63,695 nt of DNA, filler included, from Octopus bimaculoides (GCF_001194135.2; 8 parts of 6 records of this genome joined end to end with filler, not necessarily neighbours in it), one strand, 5' to 3'; shown: positions 35,912 through 49,828, numbered from the whole stretch's first letter. The notes: generated by a model from the sequence alone, not told the origin. Made by a program: numbers and translations.

Positions 35912-38059
35912 CATACATATATAAGCACACAAACATGCATGTGCGCGCGCACACACACATACACACATATATATAGGTACATATATATGTGTGTATGTGT
36001 ATGTTTGTGTGCATGTATGTATACTCACATATGCTCGAGCACACACACACACACACACGCATACACAACACGTAAGTGGAATGCTTTTTACGCGTTAGAA
36101 TTGATGTATGGATAAGTAACAGAAAGTAAAACATTCATTCTTTATGCGATATATACATCAAGTACATTACGTAATATGATATCGTATAACTATATCTTAA
36201 CTACTTTTCTTATATTATACTTCATTTCACTATACCTGTGTAATGCCACACTATCGCAACTACATGAACCAACTATGTGGCTTCTGTGAGAATGTTCAGC
36301 TTTCTCCAAAAAATTCTGTTTCCTTTTTAAAAAAGAAATAATGTTGTATTTGATGATGCAGTCATCGATACACTGTGAGAATAAAAGACGGTATGCTCAC
36401 GGCTGAAACACCCTCCACTATAGATCTGCTCAGTCAGAGATGACTCGAAGCTAAACAAACAACACCAACATTACACACACATGTATATGAGTTATGAAAC
36501 CAATTGCATCAAACAGACTCAATATTTGGTATTTCTGTTATTTATTCGAAAGTTTTACTCCTAATTTAATGTTTAATAACGTTACATAAAAATAGCTGCT
36601 GTCAAAAATATATCAATATTTCAATTATTCCTAATGTAGCAAATATTGCATGCTAGTAACTGGCTTAATATAGCTGTATAACGACTTTACATAATCCTCA
36701 ACACGATTCTCTTCTGAGCTGTTATGATCAAGACTACACGCATGTACACTGATGAACAATACGCACACCTTTTAGACTTACATTCTCACACTCATACAAA
36801 TACTCAGATGCACAAACGCAAATTCACATGTATGTTTATGCGTATGTGTGTGTGTTTCTAGAGAAGGTGGACTTGTGTATGAATATGTATGCTTTTTACC
36901 CTTATCTTCTTTTCACATAACTGGTATCTTTCCTCGATAGCTTAATTTTAATCTTTCTTTCATGTAAAAACGTTTCACACTCACACACTTGCACCCTCAA
37001 CATTCCTCGTGCGTTCCCACTTGCCTCTTGTAATTCTTCACCATCGTCTGGACAATCCATCTAACTTCTCAAGATTTTTTTACGAGAAGGTTAGAAAGAT
37101 TTTTCTTTGACTTTTCATCTCACATACAACTCTTACTTTCTCTTTTTTTTTATTCTTGATTTCTTTAGTTCAAACTCGCCTTCTTCTTAAAAACTTCTCT
37201 CTCTACGCCTGCACACACATATCATTCACTCTTCACATGCACCAGTTTCCTTGCTTTCCCTGTTTCTTCAAACTCGTGCTATTTCTCACCTCCTCACACA
37301 TACTTTCTTCACACATGCTGAAGAATTACACAAGCGTAATATCTCACATCTCACATATATACGGTACTATCACTTCTGCACTTGCACGCTTCTACACACG
37401 TACAAGCACCCTAAAAAACACATATAACCGCACATGTACACGCTTTCAGACATGTGCTCTCCTGTACATGCATACTCGCACTTTCCCCGCTTACATACTC
37501 GCACATTCTTCAATACCAAACCCTGCAATATCTTACTTCTTAACACATTTTATAGAACCACTTTTTCGATTAGTTCCTGATGTTTCATACATTTTTTCTA
37601 TATTTTTTAAATGACTTTTCCAACTTTTCATCACAGTAGGTTTTTTTCGTTCCACGACCGTCAAAAAGATTGACACTTTTATTATTTTCCTTTATGCTAA
37701 TATCTTATTTCTTACAGATTATCTCATCTATATAGCCTTTTTCTATTCTTAATTACACCACGTGTGTGTGCGCGTGTGTGTGCGCGTGTGTGTTCGTGTG
37801 TGTGTGTGCGTGTGTGTGTGTGTGTTTGTGTTGCGTGTGTGTGTGTGTGCTTAGATAAGTGTGTTGTCATATTAACTATGCAAGCATATATGATTATATG
37901 AACAGATATTTATATAGTACATACATGGATGTGAATATACATACATACATACACTTATACAGATAGATAGGCAGATAAATAAATATATCAATCGATCGAT
38001 TGATCGATCGATAGATAGATATACATGCATGTATATGCATATATATATATATATATATG

Positions 38060-39348
38060 AAGATAAGCAACAAAAATTCAATAGGTTATAGCAGTACGTA
38101 CGTTTCGTACAAGCTCCATTTATTCATGTGGTGAGAACACCACAGAATGTACAATGAAAATGTACTCCTCAGCTGCATAATGGAATTTCATTTTAGAAAG
38201 TCATTTTGAGGATGTTTGCAAAAAACAAGAAGAGAAGAAAACATATCATCTCGACTATGCTGCTGTTCCACAGACAAGTGAATCAAACAAGAATTTAAAA
38301 TCTAATTGGAGGGATAGTAGTAATTTCAAATATAGAGGAAGGTAGGTTAAGTAGTGGTGGACAGCAGGTTAGGGGTAAATCAACCATGAGGGAAAAAAAG
38401 AAAAAAAAATACCTAGCTTAAGAAATTATAGTAATAACCATAAAAATAAAAATAGGAAAATTACTTTACATAACAAAATAGATCCTAATAAGAAAACTAC
38501 CAATGATAATAAAAACAATAATATAACCCCAAATACTTATGATAACCACAAACCCCCTTCATATTACAAATTTAGAAGAAAAAATTCTATATGGCTTAAC
38601 ATCCCCTACAACTATGCAGTTTCTACAAACATCTATAAGAAGTTTATGGATATCTTACAAAAAAATTTCGACCTTAACCATAGATATTATAAAAATCTTC
38701 TCTCAACACACAATCCGTATCTCATACTCTACTCTCCCCAACATAGGATCTATTATCAATAAGTTAATTAGACAAAACATTGAACTAGCTAGGACTCTTG
38801 AAAATAAAAATTGTCTTATTATTGATAACAATACTAATAACTACCAAACTATTAATAACACCAACGCAACCAATAATCATGCACATGTTAATGAACATAT
38901 TAATACTTCAACTGCTAACATAGTTGATGAGATAAATCTTCCTAGCTCAAACAATATCAATTGCATATCTAATAATACAACCAACAATATTGATGTAACT
39001 AATTTAGATACTTATATCAATAATCAACATAGCAATATATATATATATATATAGCTAATAAGCTCCTTAATTGCAATTGTAGAATTAAAGCCCACTGTCC
39101 GGTATCTGGCCGTTGTTTAACCCGTAATGTAGTCTATAAATGTACAGTAACTACTCCAATTACATTTATGTTGGTTGCACAATCAACCTTAAACAACGAT
39201 TATATAACCATTTTTCTTCATTTAGACTTAAACATAAAGACAATAGCACATCATTATCTAATAACATTTGGGAATTGAAGGAAAATGGTATCGACGATTT
39301 TAATCTTAAATGGGAAATCGTCAGGAGAGCACAACCTTATAGAAATAG
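38060..39348 (+). mobile_element. Penelope-like relic (RT-EN linker and GIY-YIG) with a probable inverted 5' repeat
   Basis: IFSQHTIRISYSTLPNIGSIINK; NCNCRIKAHCPVSGRCLTRNVVYKC; YIYVGCTINLKQRLYNHFSSF..WELKE..KWEIVRRAQPY. Truncated by a gap. Confidence 0.85.
38086..38180 (-). ncRNA. Type I hammerhead ribozyme, intact core, extended stem II
   Basis: TTATGCAG-CTGAGGA-GTACA(49 nt)TGTAC-GAA-ACGTACGT-A-CTGCTATAA. The insert contains the hairpin TGTGGTG/CACCACA. Predicted cleavage between 38095 and 38094. Confidence 0.88.
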
Positions 39349-39448
39349 NNNNNNNNNNNNNNNNNNNNNNNNNNNNNNNNNNNNNNNNNNNNTTAATTAA
39401 TTAANNNNNNNNNNNNNNNNNNNNNNNNNNNNNNNNNNNNNNNNNNNN

Positions 39449-39486
<38 letters not shown>

Positions 39487-39789
39487 TTATGTATGTATGT
39501 ATGTATGTATGTTAATATGAACTGTCGTTTAATTGCTCCATTTTTGCACTAAAATATCAGGGGGAAAATGTATAGAGCAAACTAATGGTGCACATTTTTA
39601 CGCCCCTTCTTTTGTGCTTAATTGGGAAAGCCAGCGGACATATTCCAGTCAGTTACATATCTTCCTCTGGCTTATGGACTTGTGCCTTGTTAGAAGTTCT
39701 TACATAGCTCAGTGATTATGCTGGTACGATACACAACATAGTTGTAATGTTGAGAGTAAACTATTGTTCAATATTTCTTGTCCCATAAA

Positions 39790-40645
39790 CGGCGAGCTGG
39801 CAGAAACGTTAGCACGCCGGGCGAAATGCTTAGCGGTATTTCGTCTGTCGTTACGTTCAAATTTCGCTGAGGTCGACTTGCTTTTCATCCTTTCGGCGTC
39901 GATTAAATAATAAGTACTAGTTACGCACTGGGGTCGATATAATCGACTTAATCCGTTTGTCTGTCCTTGTTTGTCCCCTCTATGTTTAGCCCCTTGTGGG
40001 CAGTAAAGAAATAAGAAACGTAAGCACGCCGGGCGAAATGCTTAGCGGTATTTCGTCTGTCTTTACGTTCTGAGTTCAAATTTCGCCGACGTCGACTTTG
40101 CCTTTCATCCTTTCGGGGTCTATAAATTAAGTACCAGTTGCGTACTGGGGTCGAACTAATCGACTGTCCCCCTCCTCCAAAATTTCAGGCCTTGTGCCTA
40201 GAGTAGAAAAGAATATTTCTAGTCCAAAATTTAACAGATCGATAAAATAAATACTTTATACCGAAGCTGAACAAATTCACTAAACCCTTGTTAATGTTTA
40301 ATATTGATTTCACATTTTGGTACAATGTCAGCAATTTTGGGGGAAGAGTTAAGTCAACCCTAGTGCTCAACTAGTACTTATTTTATCGATCCATAAAATG
40401 ATGAAAGGCAAAGTCGACTTCGGCGGAATTTGAACTCAAACGAAATGCCGCGAAGTATTTTGCCCGGCGTGCTAATGATTCTGCCGGGTCACTACCTGGT
40501 TAAGATTTAATAATGCTAGTAATAATAAATTTTTTCTAATTTTGGTACACGGCCAGCAATTTTAAGAGGAGCGGTCAAGTCAACTGTAACTCATAAATCC
40601 CGAAAGGATAACAGGCAAAATCGACTTCCGCAGAATTTGAACTCA
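39790..40645. mobile_element. Cluster of four family A SINEs (two +, then two -)
   Basis: + copies at 39790-40020 and 40020-40215; - copies at 40305-40492 and 40535-40645. Confidence 0.85.
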
Positions 40646-40699
40646 GTAATAATAATTAATTTAAGCACAAAATCAGCTATATTCATAATTTATACTTTA

Positions 40700-42480
40700 T
40701 GCAAAGGAAGGTTGATAATGAAGCACTCGAGACGACTGCCCCAAAGTCAGAGCTGGAGATAAAGTCAAGGAAAACTAAATGTTTTTGTGAAAAATCAAAG
40801 TAGTGTAAATACCAGGATTCCGAAGATTTTTGTAATTCTTTAAAATCTTGACGCAAGGTTAGCAATTTTAGGTGTGAGGCGGTTGGGTAAATCGTTTACA
40901 TCAACTTCAGTGCTTAACTGCTCAACAAAAAAAAAACTGTTTTAACTGTCTCTTCAACAGCGAAGAGAGATGGCGATAAAAATAAAGTTAAAAGTGCGTT
41001 CTGTTTTAAGAAAAAGCGGGCAAACTTAAATCTAGTCATACAAGCCCAAAGGCGCATCGAATAGCTCGTTGCTATTATATTTTATTCCAATGTCGTCTTC
41101 ATCAAAAAGTTAATCAAAATCATTAGTACGGTAGAGATAAAATTCTTGTCAAACTCCAAACTATTAATAAAAAGGGGCTGAGAAACTGAGGGATAAAATT
41201 CCACAATACCAAAGTGGTTCCATATAAAACATTACCCTTCTGTTTGTAAGCCACTTCTTAATACCTCAAACTTCAACAAGAATTTTCCTTCCTTTACTGA
41301 TTTTGAAATCAGCATTATGGTCTATGTTAAGACGTCTTAACTGCTGATTGCGTTTAGGTAAAACGGAATTGCGACGAGCTATCGGATGAGGCAATGATGA
41401 AGATGAGGCTTGAGGGCGTGTGGGATTATATATCTTATACTCTCCAAAAGAAATTTTATCTTGTAAAATTCAGCATTTATAGAGATGATGGTTTGTTAAT
41501 TTCCTGCCCATATGTATAGCTATCAATTCCAAAAGCTTTGGAGAAATGTTAATGCACTCAAAGAATTTAGTTTAAGAAATACATTTCTGATCAACTAGAT
41601 ATTATGTTACATTTAAACACAAGTAAATGTTGCTCCATATACCTAAGGAGAAACTGACATTTCTTAACAAGCCCTCCAGGTACTCGCATCCATAGCCTTA
41701 GATAATCTAGTAAATATCTTTGATCGACCACATTTTGCTTGTTGAAGTAATTTTTTTTTTAGTTACACTACCATCAACGTCTGTAAGGAAAGTGAATTTC
41801 CCGAAGAAATATACTATCCAATAATATCTCTAAAACCCAAAGAAGGTGTACAAGTGCAATATTATTTAATTTAACTATCCTTTCACCTAAAGCATCGTAT
41901 CCAGTATTACTCAAAACTTTCTTATGATTTGGGGGTACTGCCTTGTTTGTCATCGTTACTATAAAATTTCAAATAAGAAAATTCTAAGAGTTAGTAACAG
42001 CTATACTAGTGATCTCCAAAATATTAATAAAGGAAACTACGAAAATTACAACAGCATTTCTTCAGCAAACAAACCTCAGTGGAACTGTGCCAAAATTAAT
42101 TTATGCCCTCTAGACGGTAAATATCTCAACAAGAAGTTGGCATAGAGTCGTTAAGAGATTTTGGCCGACCAGAGTGAACGTGCTTACTTAGGCCTAACAG
42201 ATTGCGACTTCAAGAGCAGATTTACACATAATGTATATTCTATTAAGCATCATGAGAGAAGACGCATGACCTTCCTCTAGCTAATGTATGGGATCTAGAA
42301 GATGAAAGCATAACAAATTTCAACGTACAGTTTTCAATGGCGGACTTTCCAAAATCATGTTCTGAAGAATATAGATCGTGCTGTCTGTGTACGAGTGGAA
42401 AATTTTTCATTTTGCCATCTACGTGAAACTTCCGAAATCAAAGGATAAGTTAAACTCAAAAATATCATCACAAAATATGT
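40700..42480 (+). mobile_element. Heavily decayed Penelope-like element
   Basis: VGLYILY and IYRDDGLL (about 41420-41505), NCAKINLCPLDGK, AYLGLTDCDFKSRF. 5' limit approximate. Confidence 0.75.
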
Positions 42481-42664
42481 TTATTTTGAAAAGCTTCGCC
42501 TATGTATGTATGTATGTATGCATGTATGTATGCATGTATGTATGTATGTATGTATGTATGTATGTATGTATATATATATATATATATATATACATTCACA
42601 TAGATATGCATACATACACACACATCCACATAGATATGCATACATACATACATACATACATACA

Positions 42665-42700
<36 letters not shown>

Positions 42701-42709
42701 TATATACTC

Positions 42710-42835
42710 GTAGGCGTGGCTGTGTGGTAAGGAATTTGATTCTCGACCATATAATTCTGGGTTCGACCCACTGCTTGGCGCCTAGGGCAAGTATCTTCTA
42801 TAACTTGGGCTGACCAAAGCCTGATAGGTGGATTT
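42710..42835 (+). mobile_element. SINE family D/F head
   Basis: GCGTGGCTGTGTGGTAAG..GGGTTCGACCCACTG..GGGCAAGTATCTTCTA..GACCAAAGCC. Confidence 0.8.
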
Positions 42836-43899
42836 GTTTCCTCGTTTTGACATTGCATTCATTGTCGTACAAACAGAACCATTCATTTTCAATAATCTGC
42901 GAAAATATGTTTGGCCAAGGGAAGATGATACGATTGCTTGAAGACAGGTGAGGGTTGGTGACAGAAAGAGCATCTGACCGTAGAAAATTTGCCTCGACTG
43001 AACTCCGCCCGACCCACGCAAGCATAGAAAAGTGTACGCTAAATGATGATGATATATTTATATACGCATGTATGTATGCATGGGAGTGTGTGTGTGTGCG
43101 TGTATGTGTAAATGGTGTGTACGTCTAAATATACAGTCACCTAATTTTATACTTTCTCTCTGAACAGAATCTTATAACGAAGCTTAATATTATAGTAGTT
43201 TAACAACTAAAATCGTCAAAATATACCTCTTCTTGTTGGTTTGCCATTCCCAGAGTTTCCCGCTTAAATTTGAATCTCGTTGTAAAGAACTTTCTAGTTG
43301 TTTTATTTGGTTTGCTTTGGTGTTCTGGAGTGTTTGTTTGCTCGTGCTACATCGCAACACTCATATAGCAGTGCATGCCATCAAAGTGACACTGGGGTAC
43401 AAATATACGAAGCCCAATATACCCACCATGACTCCTCTTCTGATATAGGTACACCAGACATATGCATCACAACCAGATGTGCAAAGCATGTTAACTTCAT
43501 ATAAAGATAAACAGCGCATGACCTTGCAGGTGGGACCCAGTTAGAATTTTCTTCAGGTCGAGTAGCCCATCCCACCCAAAAGGTCCTTAAGTAAGGTTTG
43601 TTTAAGAATCATGAACGAAACACCCATGTTTCCAGAGGTGAATTATTCAAACCCACCAAAATCCCTCTCAACGCATGACTATGATGCTCCTCCACTACTC
43701 CTGCTCGTGATCAGAGATGCACATAACGTCAGTCACTACGGGATATAATCAACTGGTTAAGGTCAAGCAACTGACAAGCAAATCTGTGGTATTGAGCAAA
43801 ATATTTGCTGTAGCCAATCTTTTATACCAAGTTAACACTTCCAATCACTTAATATCAAAAACCATGAGAGTCAGTGCCTAGTACTGGATCAGGGTAATT

Positions 43900-44500
43900 A
43901 TTATTATTATTATTATTATTCAGTAGTTTTATTTTTATAACGTGCTTTCACTTCACTACCGAGCGCAGCTCTGTGCGCCTTGGGTATGTGCTGTGGTTTG
44001 CTGTGGTGCTCTTATGTTTACTGTATTGAAAGTGTTTTACGTAGAATGTGTGCAGTACCCAGTAGTGCAATTTTCTGTATGTTATATATATTTGTAAGTC
44101 CTGGTGTTTTTGTTATGTATTTGTCTGAATATTTTTTTATTATACCTAAGGCACCTACTATGATAGGAATTGTTTCTGTTTTTAGATTCCACATTCGAGT
44201 TATCTCTATTNNNNNNNNNNNNNNNNNNNNNNNNNNNNNNNNNNNNNNNNNNNNTTAATTAATTAANNNNNNNNNNNNNNNNNNNNNNNNNNNNNNNNNN
44301 NNNNNNNNNNTGAGTTGTTGGTCATTTTTTGCAAAGAGCTTTAAATCATCTATGTAAATGAGATGATTTATATTTTTATCAAATATTTTATAACCATATT
44401 GTGCATCATTGAGCAATTTTGAGAGCGGTATTAGGGCTAGACAGAAGAGGAGTGGTGATAGTGAGTCACCTGGAAAATGCCACATGAAATTCTTACATCT
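43900..44500 (-). mobile_element. R4/Dong-clade non-LTR retrotransposon fragments on both sides of a gap
   Basis: RT: GIFQ/GDSLSPLLFCLALIPLS..HLIYIDDLKLFAK. C-terminus: IEITRMWNLKTETIPIIVGALG..IQKIALLGTAHILRKTL. 3' end runs into (AAT)n. Confidence 0.85.
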
Positions 44501-44529
44501 CCAGCATTTAGAGATTCATTGTCATTGTT

Positions 44530-44561
44530 CATTGTGATTGTCATTGTCATTATTATTATTA

Positions 44562-44627
<66 letters not shown>

Positions 44628-45090
44628 CTATGTAACACAGTGTAGCTAAAAATACACCTGAGTCTTTAGTCATCTGCCAAGTCACAAGAAGGACATCAGA
44701 CAGATAATACTTTCCCTAAGATGTACGATGTGCCCAATAAGGCAGCTTTTTGCAAGTCATGCTTTCTAATCGTTGTATCAATACCAACAAATGACAATGT
44801 TTCTCTAAAAGTAACGGAGAAACTTTCAAAAAGCAAAGATCTGGCAATGTGGACCCTAAAAACAGAAACAATTAGGCATGATAAAGAAAATACATTCAGA
44901 CAAAAACACCAGGTATTACAAGGACCTATAACATACATAAAATAGCATTACTAGGCACCGCAGACATCCTACATAAAACACTTTCAATACAGTGAAAATA
45001 AGAGTACCACAGCACATACCCAAAGCACACAGATCTGCGCTCGGTAGTGCAGTGAAAGCATGTCATAAAAATAAAATTAATGAAATATAA
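44530..45090. mobile_element. Two 5'-truncated R4/Dong 3' ends joined head-to-head
   Basis: Minus 44530-44760: DLQKAALLGTSYILGKVLSV* plus (AAT)n tail. Plus 44760-45090: VSIPTNDNVSLKVTEKLSK.KDL..MWTLKTETI..IALLGTADILHKTLSIQ*. Confidence 0.8.
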
Positions 45091-45982
45091 TAATAGTATT
45101 TCTTTCTTTCATATCGTTATGGGCTCTTTTGGCCAATGAAAGAAATCCTCAATAATAGTAGTGCGTTGCAAGTGGCACATAAGAAAGAATGCTTAACTGT
45201 TTAATGTACCAGAGTGTGTATGTTTTGTGTGTTATGTGTGTGCTGTGCGAGTGTCAGTAGGTGTGTGCGTGTATGAGTTTGTGTGCAAGTGTGTGTGTAT
45301 GTGTGTGTAGTATAGTGCTGTATTTACATGCTGATAGGACCAGCAACAAGTACTCGATTCGACTAGAGACGTAAGGTCTTTAGGCTATATCAAAAACATA
45401 TAGGCACTACTTCCTATCAAGTGGAGCATCGTAGAGAGACTCAGGTCATAAATTAGAAGGTCAAAATCATAACGGCTTTAGGGAGCTGGAAAAATGCTTG
45501 TCCTTATTAAATCGAAGAGCAGCACCAACTTCCTTAAATAGAAGTCAGGTTATTTTCACAGGGTGTATGCACCTCCAAAAGTGCATGGTAGGTGACACCC
45601 TATTGGAATAAGACACAGCTTAACTTAACTTTTGACGTTACCCCAATCAATTAATTCAACTTTACACAGTTTTACTGAGCAGCAACTAAGTTAAAGCTAA
45701 AACATTCAACGTAATCAATGTTCTTCTTTTAATTGGTTAAATGGGAATAACTAAGATTCCATAAAATAAATTATCTTGCTTCTCTTAAAGCATTTCTTGT
45801 AATTTCTCGTTTTCTTTATGTATATTTATGTCTTTTTTTCTCGCATAACCACACGGAATTGACATACTAAGATTGCCGGATCATGTGCGACACACATGCA
45901 TGTTCATCTAGTTACTGAACTATCGAGCATGAAAGTTGAAGTAGCACGCTTATAACTCCTGAATTTCCTATCCCTACGTCTC

Positions 45983-46034
<52 letters not shown>

Positions 46035-46207
46035 NNNNNNNNNNNNNNNNNNNNNNNNNNNNNNNNNNNNNNNNNNNNNNNNNNNNNNNNNNNNNNNNNN
46101 NNNNNNNNNNNNNNNNNNNNNNNNNNNNNNNNNNNNNNNNNNNNNNNNNNNNNNNNNNNNNNNNNNNNNNNNNNNNNNNNNNNNNNNNNNNNNNNNNNNN
46201 NNNNNNN

Positions 46208-46257
<50 letters not shown>

Positions 46258-46539
46258 TACATTCATACACACTTCAATACAGACACATATACACACGAAA
46301 TTCATATGCATTCTATAATATATTCTGTATTGTTATGTTAATTACAAATAATAGCATTATGTGAGATTAAGAGAGTTCTGTTCCAGCGCGTTCTCACCAT
46401 TTATCATAAAAGGTGGATAACACAACTTTGTTATCGAATAACATCTGAAGTGTGAAATGCATTTACGGATGGATATTGACTTTCGAATTTACGGATTATA
46501 ACAGTCTTCACACTTCAAAAGTTACTATAATTAAAAAGC

Positions 46540-46900
46540 ATTAACCTTCCTGAATTAAAGGACAATGCAGCAGAGGCCATTGATAAATTTCTAATCCATC
46601 CTGAAATAAAGCTTAGAGTTTTGGAGAAAGACGAAAATCATAAAATGGATTTATTTGTATTAAATTCTCAGCAGACAGCAGTCAATGACTACAATGAAAT
46701 AGAATAGCCAGAAATTACAAGAGAAGAGACAGAAGATAGTTTTACGTACCACTTGTACCAATTGCTTAGATAGATTCTCAGGTGTAAATGGTGAGATTGA
46801 TTTCGAAATAGAGGGATAAAAATATTATTCGTATTCTATAGTTGTTCTTTGAATAAGCAGTATGGGTTTACCCGGTTCTTATTCGAGAGCGAATGATTTT
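46540..46900 (+). mobile_element. Possible LINE ORF2 relic
   Basis: Across frames PEITREE..FSGVNGEIDFE and QYGF loosely recall the RT-proximal P.IT.EEV..K.PG.DG and Q.GF motifs. Many stops. Confidence 0.3.
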
Positions 46901-46971
46901 ATTGCATCTACTATATTAGAAATATTGTACTCTGTTAATGAATAAAGTAAAATTATTAGAAACAATGGTTG

Positions 46972-47320
46972 TTGGCACTCCGTCGCTTACGACGTCCAGT
47001 GTTCCAGTTGATCCGATCAACGGAACAGCATGCTCGTGAAATTAACGTGTACTCTTAACGAGGTTCTCGGGGATATTCAGTGTGACACAGTGTGACAAGG
47101 CTGACCCTTTGAATTACAGGCACAACAGAAACAGGAAGAAAGAGTGAGAGAAAGTTGTGGTGAAAGAGTACAGCAGGGTTCGCCACCATCCCCTGCCGGA
47201 GCCTCGTGGAGCTTTTGGTGTTTTCGCTCAATAAACACTCACAACGCCCGGTCTGGGAATCGAAACCGCGATCGTATGACCGCGAGTCCGCTGCCCTCAC
47301 CACTGGGTCATTTTGCTTCC
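46972..47320 (-). mobile_element. tRNA-derived SINE family G, near full length
   Basis: Minus head CAGTGGTGAGGGCAGCGGACTCGCGGTC..GGTTTCGATTCCC; tail ...CGACGGAGTGCCAACAA. Confidence 0.85.
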
Positions 47321-49179
47321 ACGGAAACAATGGTATGGACAAACTAACTATTCAAGACTTCTCAATTTCCTCAGACAAATAATAACATATTGTAAATATT
47401 TCGTCTTTTCTGGATTATTCCATTACGTTATTGCATATGCTTTTTGACCTGAATTTAGCAGCTTAGCCGATCGAAAGAAAAGAAAACTGTCTTGCTGTTG
47501 GACAAAAGTGCTTGCATGCAGTAAAGATTATCCTGATGTTGATATATAATGTTCAAAGTGTAAAATAGTTGGATATTTTACAAAAGTATGTCAAAGCTTT
47601 TCTAACGTTATGTCGTTATTATTATCCATGTAATGCCATTAAATACCTAATGGTAAATGTCATTTGGGCGCTGTAAATAGGCTAAGTAATTAATGACTGT
47701 GGTAAAGAATTGTCTGTGATACGACAAAGATACAGAAGGTAAGTATCTTCTCCCAGGTTTCTTCCTCCGGTTTACAAGTGCATACTCTGACAAGAATCAC
47801 CAGTGTTCACCTACTTTCTCTTTGCCACCACTTCTTTGCCCAACAAATTGAACATGGAAAATTGAAATGACAAAAAACAAAAATATATTCTGGGCAAAGC
47901 CCAAAGTACTTCACCACAAGTCTCTCAGTAATATGCGTTGAGATATAGTGAAAACGGATACTATTAAGTCGTATTACAAAATACCCCTTGATGTATACGA
48001 GGTAAACATTCGAGGTACATCAATTATAAAAGTACCAGTAAACAATGAAGTTAGCTGTTTGAAATATCCTATTCCACAAAATTACCCCACTTTCAGTTAC
48101 ATCTGATTGAAATTCACAGTAAAGAGAAATCCATTTCTACTGTAACACCTGCAAGTTGGGAACAGAAATTTATTATCTTTGGCAAAACTTCAAAACATCA
48201 AATATTCATAAACTTTAGACGCATCGAATAAAGTAAATCTCTAAAACTACAGAACGAAGAATGCTGACTTGCATTCATGAAAACCAAAATCTTTGTTTTC
48301 TAGACTAATAGAGATGCACATATCTTCAGCATTATGCTTACATTTACACGAATGCTGCTAAGATCACTGAGGAAAACCAATCAGTAGAATGGCTGAAGCA
48401 TGCAACAGAGGAAATCCCACCAAAATGCATTCATAGGAAGCATTAAATATGTCAGGCATGGGTGAGGGATGTTATATATCGTGAGGTTCTCTCTAGCCGA
48501 CCGAATATGCTTTTTTAGGTATATAACAGTTACATAATGTTACATAGTAAAAGAAAGCAATTATTAAAGGCTTAACTGTCTGGAAATCTGTTTTATAAAT
48601 ACTTGTTCCAAGAAATTTCCTGTAATTTCGATTTTTGAAGTTGATTGAATATTTGAAATACATGCTCTTCCCAAAGTTAAGTATTCGTTGCATTCACTGC
48701 GGAGAAATGTTTAATATAACAAAATTAATTCGTTGCTGGCGAAATTTTCCGTTTTCATTTGCAATTGTCTCTCACTCACTCATGTTTCTATTTTCGTTAA
48801 TGATAATTTAATAAATATTATTTCAATGTTTTCATTTCAAGTTTTAATTTGCAAAACCCACAGTTTATTCTATATACATAATGTAAAAAAAATTTGAATG
48901 AATGCTATTAGACAAAATAGGTGCATAGCTTGGACGCTTATGATACGAGGCACAATTTCTCTTTCCGGAGTTTGTAAAAGGAATATATTTGATAAAATGA
49001 AAATTTTCTAACATATCGCTATAATTAAAATAAAAAAAGTCAAGAAATGCTGTTGGTATGACTGTTTGGAAAGCTATAAGCCTTACAATAATAACTACGT
49101 GATCGCTGCTCTTCCTAACACGCTAAACACAGTTGGGATGTATTGCAGTTCGTTTAAATTAGAGATATATTACAACTAC

Positions 49180-49250
49180 GGGTGTATGGCATAGTGGTTA
49201 AGCGCGTGGGCTACTAACCCCAAGATTCAAAGTTCGATTCCAGGCAGTGA

Positions 49251-49317
<67 letters not shown>

Positions 49318-49441
49318 TATAACATCGAAAAACACCTGGTGAAGGCTGGAGAGTATATCGGCCGACACGTTGTGTTAACAACAAACAAGATGAGGACAAA
49401 TATCCGTCAAATGTAAATAATGTAAATATTGTAAATAATGT
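49180..49441 (+). mobile_element. SINE family B copy 2 (tRNA-Arg-like head, (AAT)n, hammerhead motif)
   Basis: Collinear with 7116-7351 apart from an internal deletion of about 40 bp. Confidence 0.88.
49331..49376 (+). ncRNA. Hammerhead motif inside SINE B copy 2 (mutated)
   Basis: AACAC-CTGGTGA-A-GGCTG/CGGCC-GACACGT-T-GTGTT: stem I AACAC/GTGTT, ACGT palindrome. A6 and A13 are mutated. Confidence 0.7.
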
Positions 49442-49828
49442 ATTTTGATGTTTGTTTTAAAAAAGCGAGATTATAACTGTGATGAAATAATGAAAGTAAT
49501 ATATACTAAGTGAGCACTATTATACAAAGAAATAATCAGACGCAAAACATCATAAAAATTATTAGAATTGGGAATCAAATGTGAAAATATCATCAAGCGA
49601 GTGGCAGAAAACCGCCCGTAGGGCGGTCTTTCTGCTTGTATATGTAAACTTAAAATCCAAGGATCAAGCGGTAAGAAGAATGTTAGCTTCAAGCAATCGT
49701 AGTAAACATCAAAAACAACTTTCAGGGACAACATATACAAACAGGCATGCATACATTTGTGTATATGTGTGCATTGTGTTGGTGTGTATTCTGTATGCAT
49801 ATTGCCTTTATATATATATATATGCATA

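Noticed and set aside
37318-37345. CTGAAGA plus ATTAC/GTAAT hairpin
   Set aside because: The GAAA half of the core and stems I/III are missing; it cannot be supported as a ribozyme.
47085-47120. Resemblance of the SINE G tail (TTCAAAGGGTCAGCCTTGTCACAC) to the 28S rRNA 3' end
   Set aside because: Match is too short and gapped to distinguish from chance.
47850-48480. Decayed coding-like sequence
   Set aside because: No recognisable motif in any frame that I could assign.
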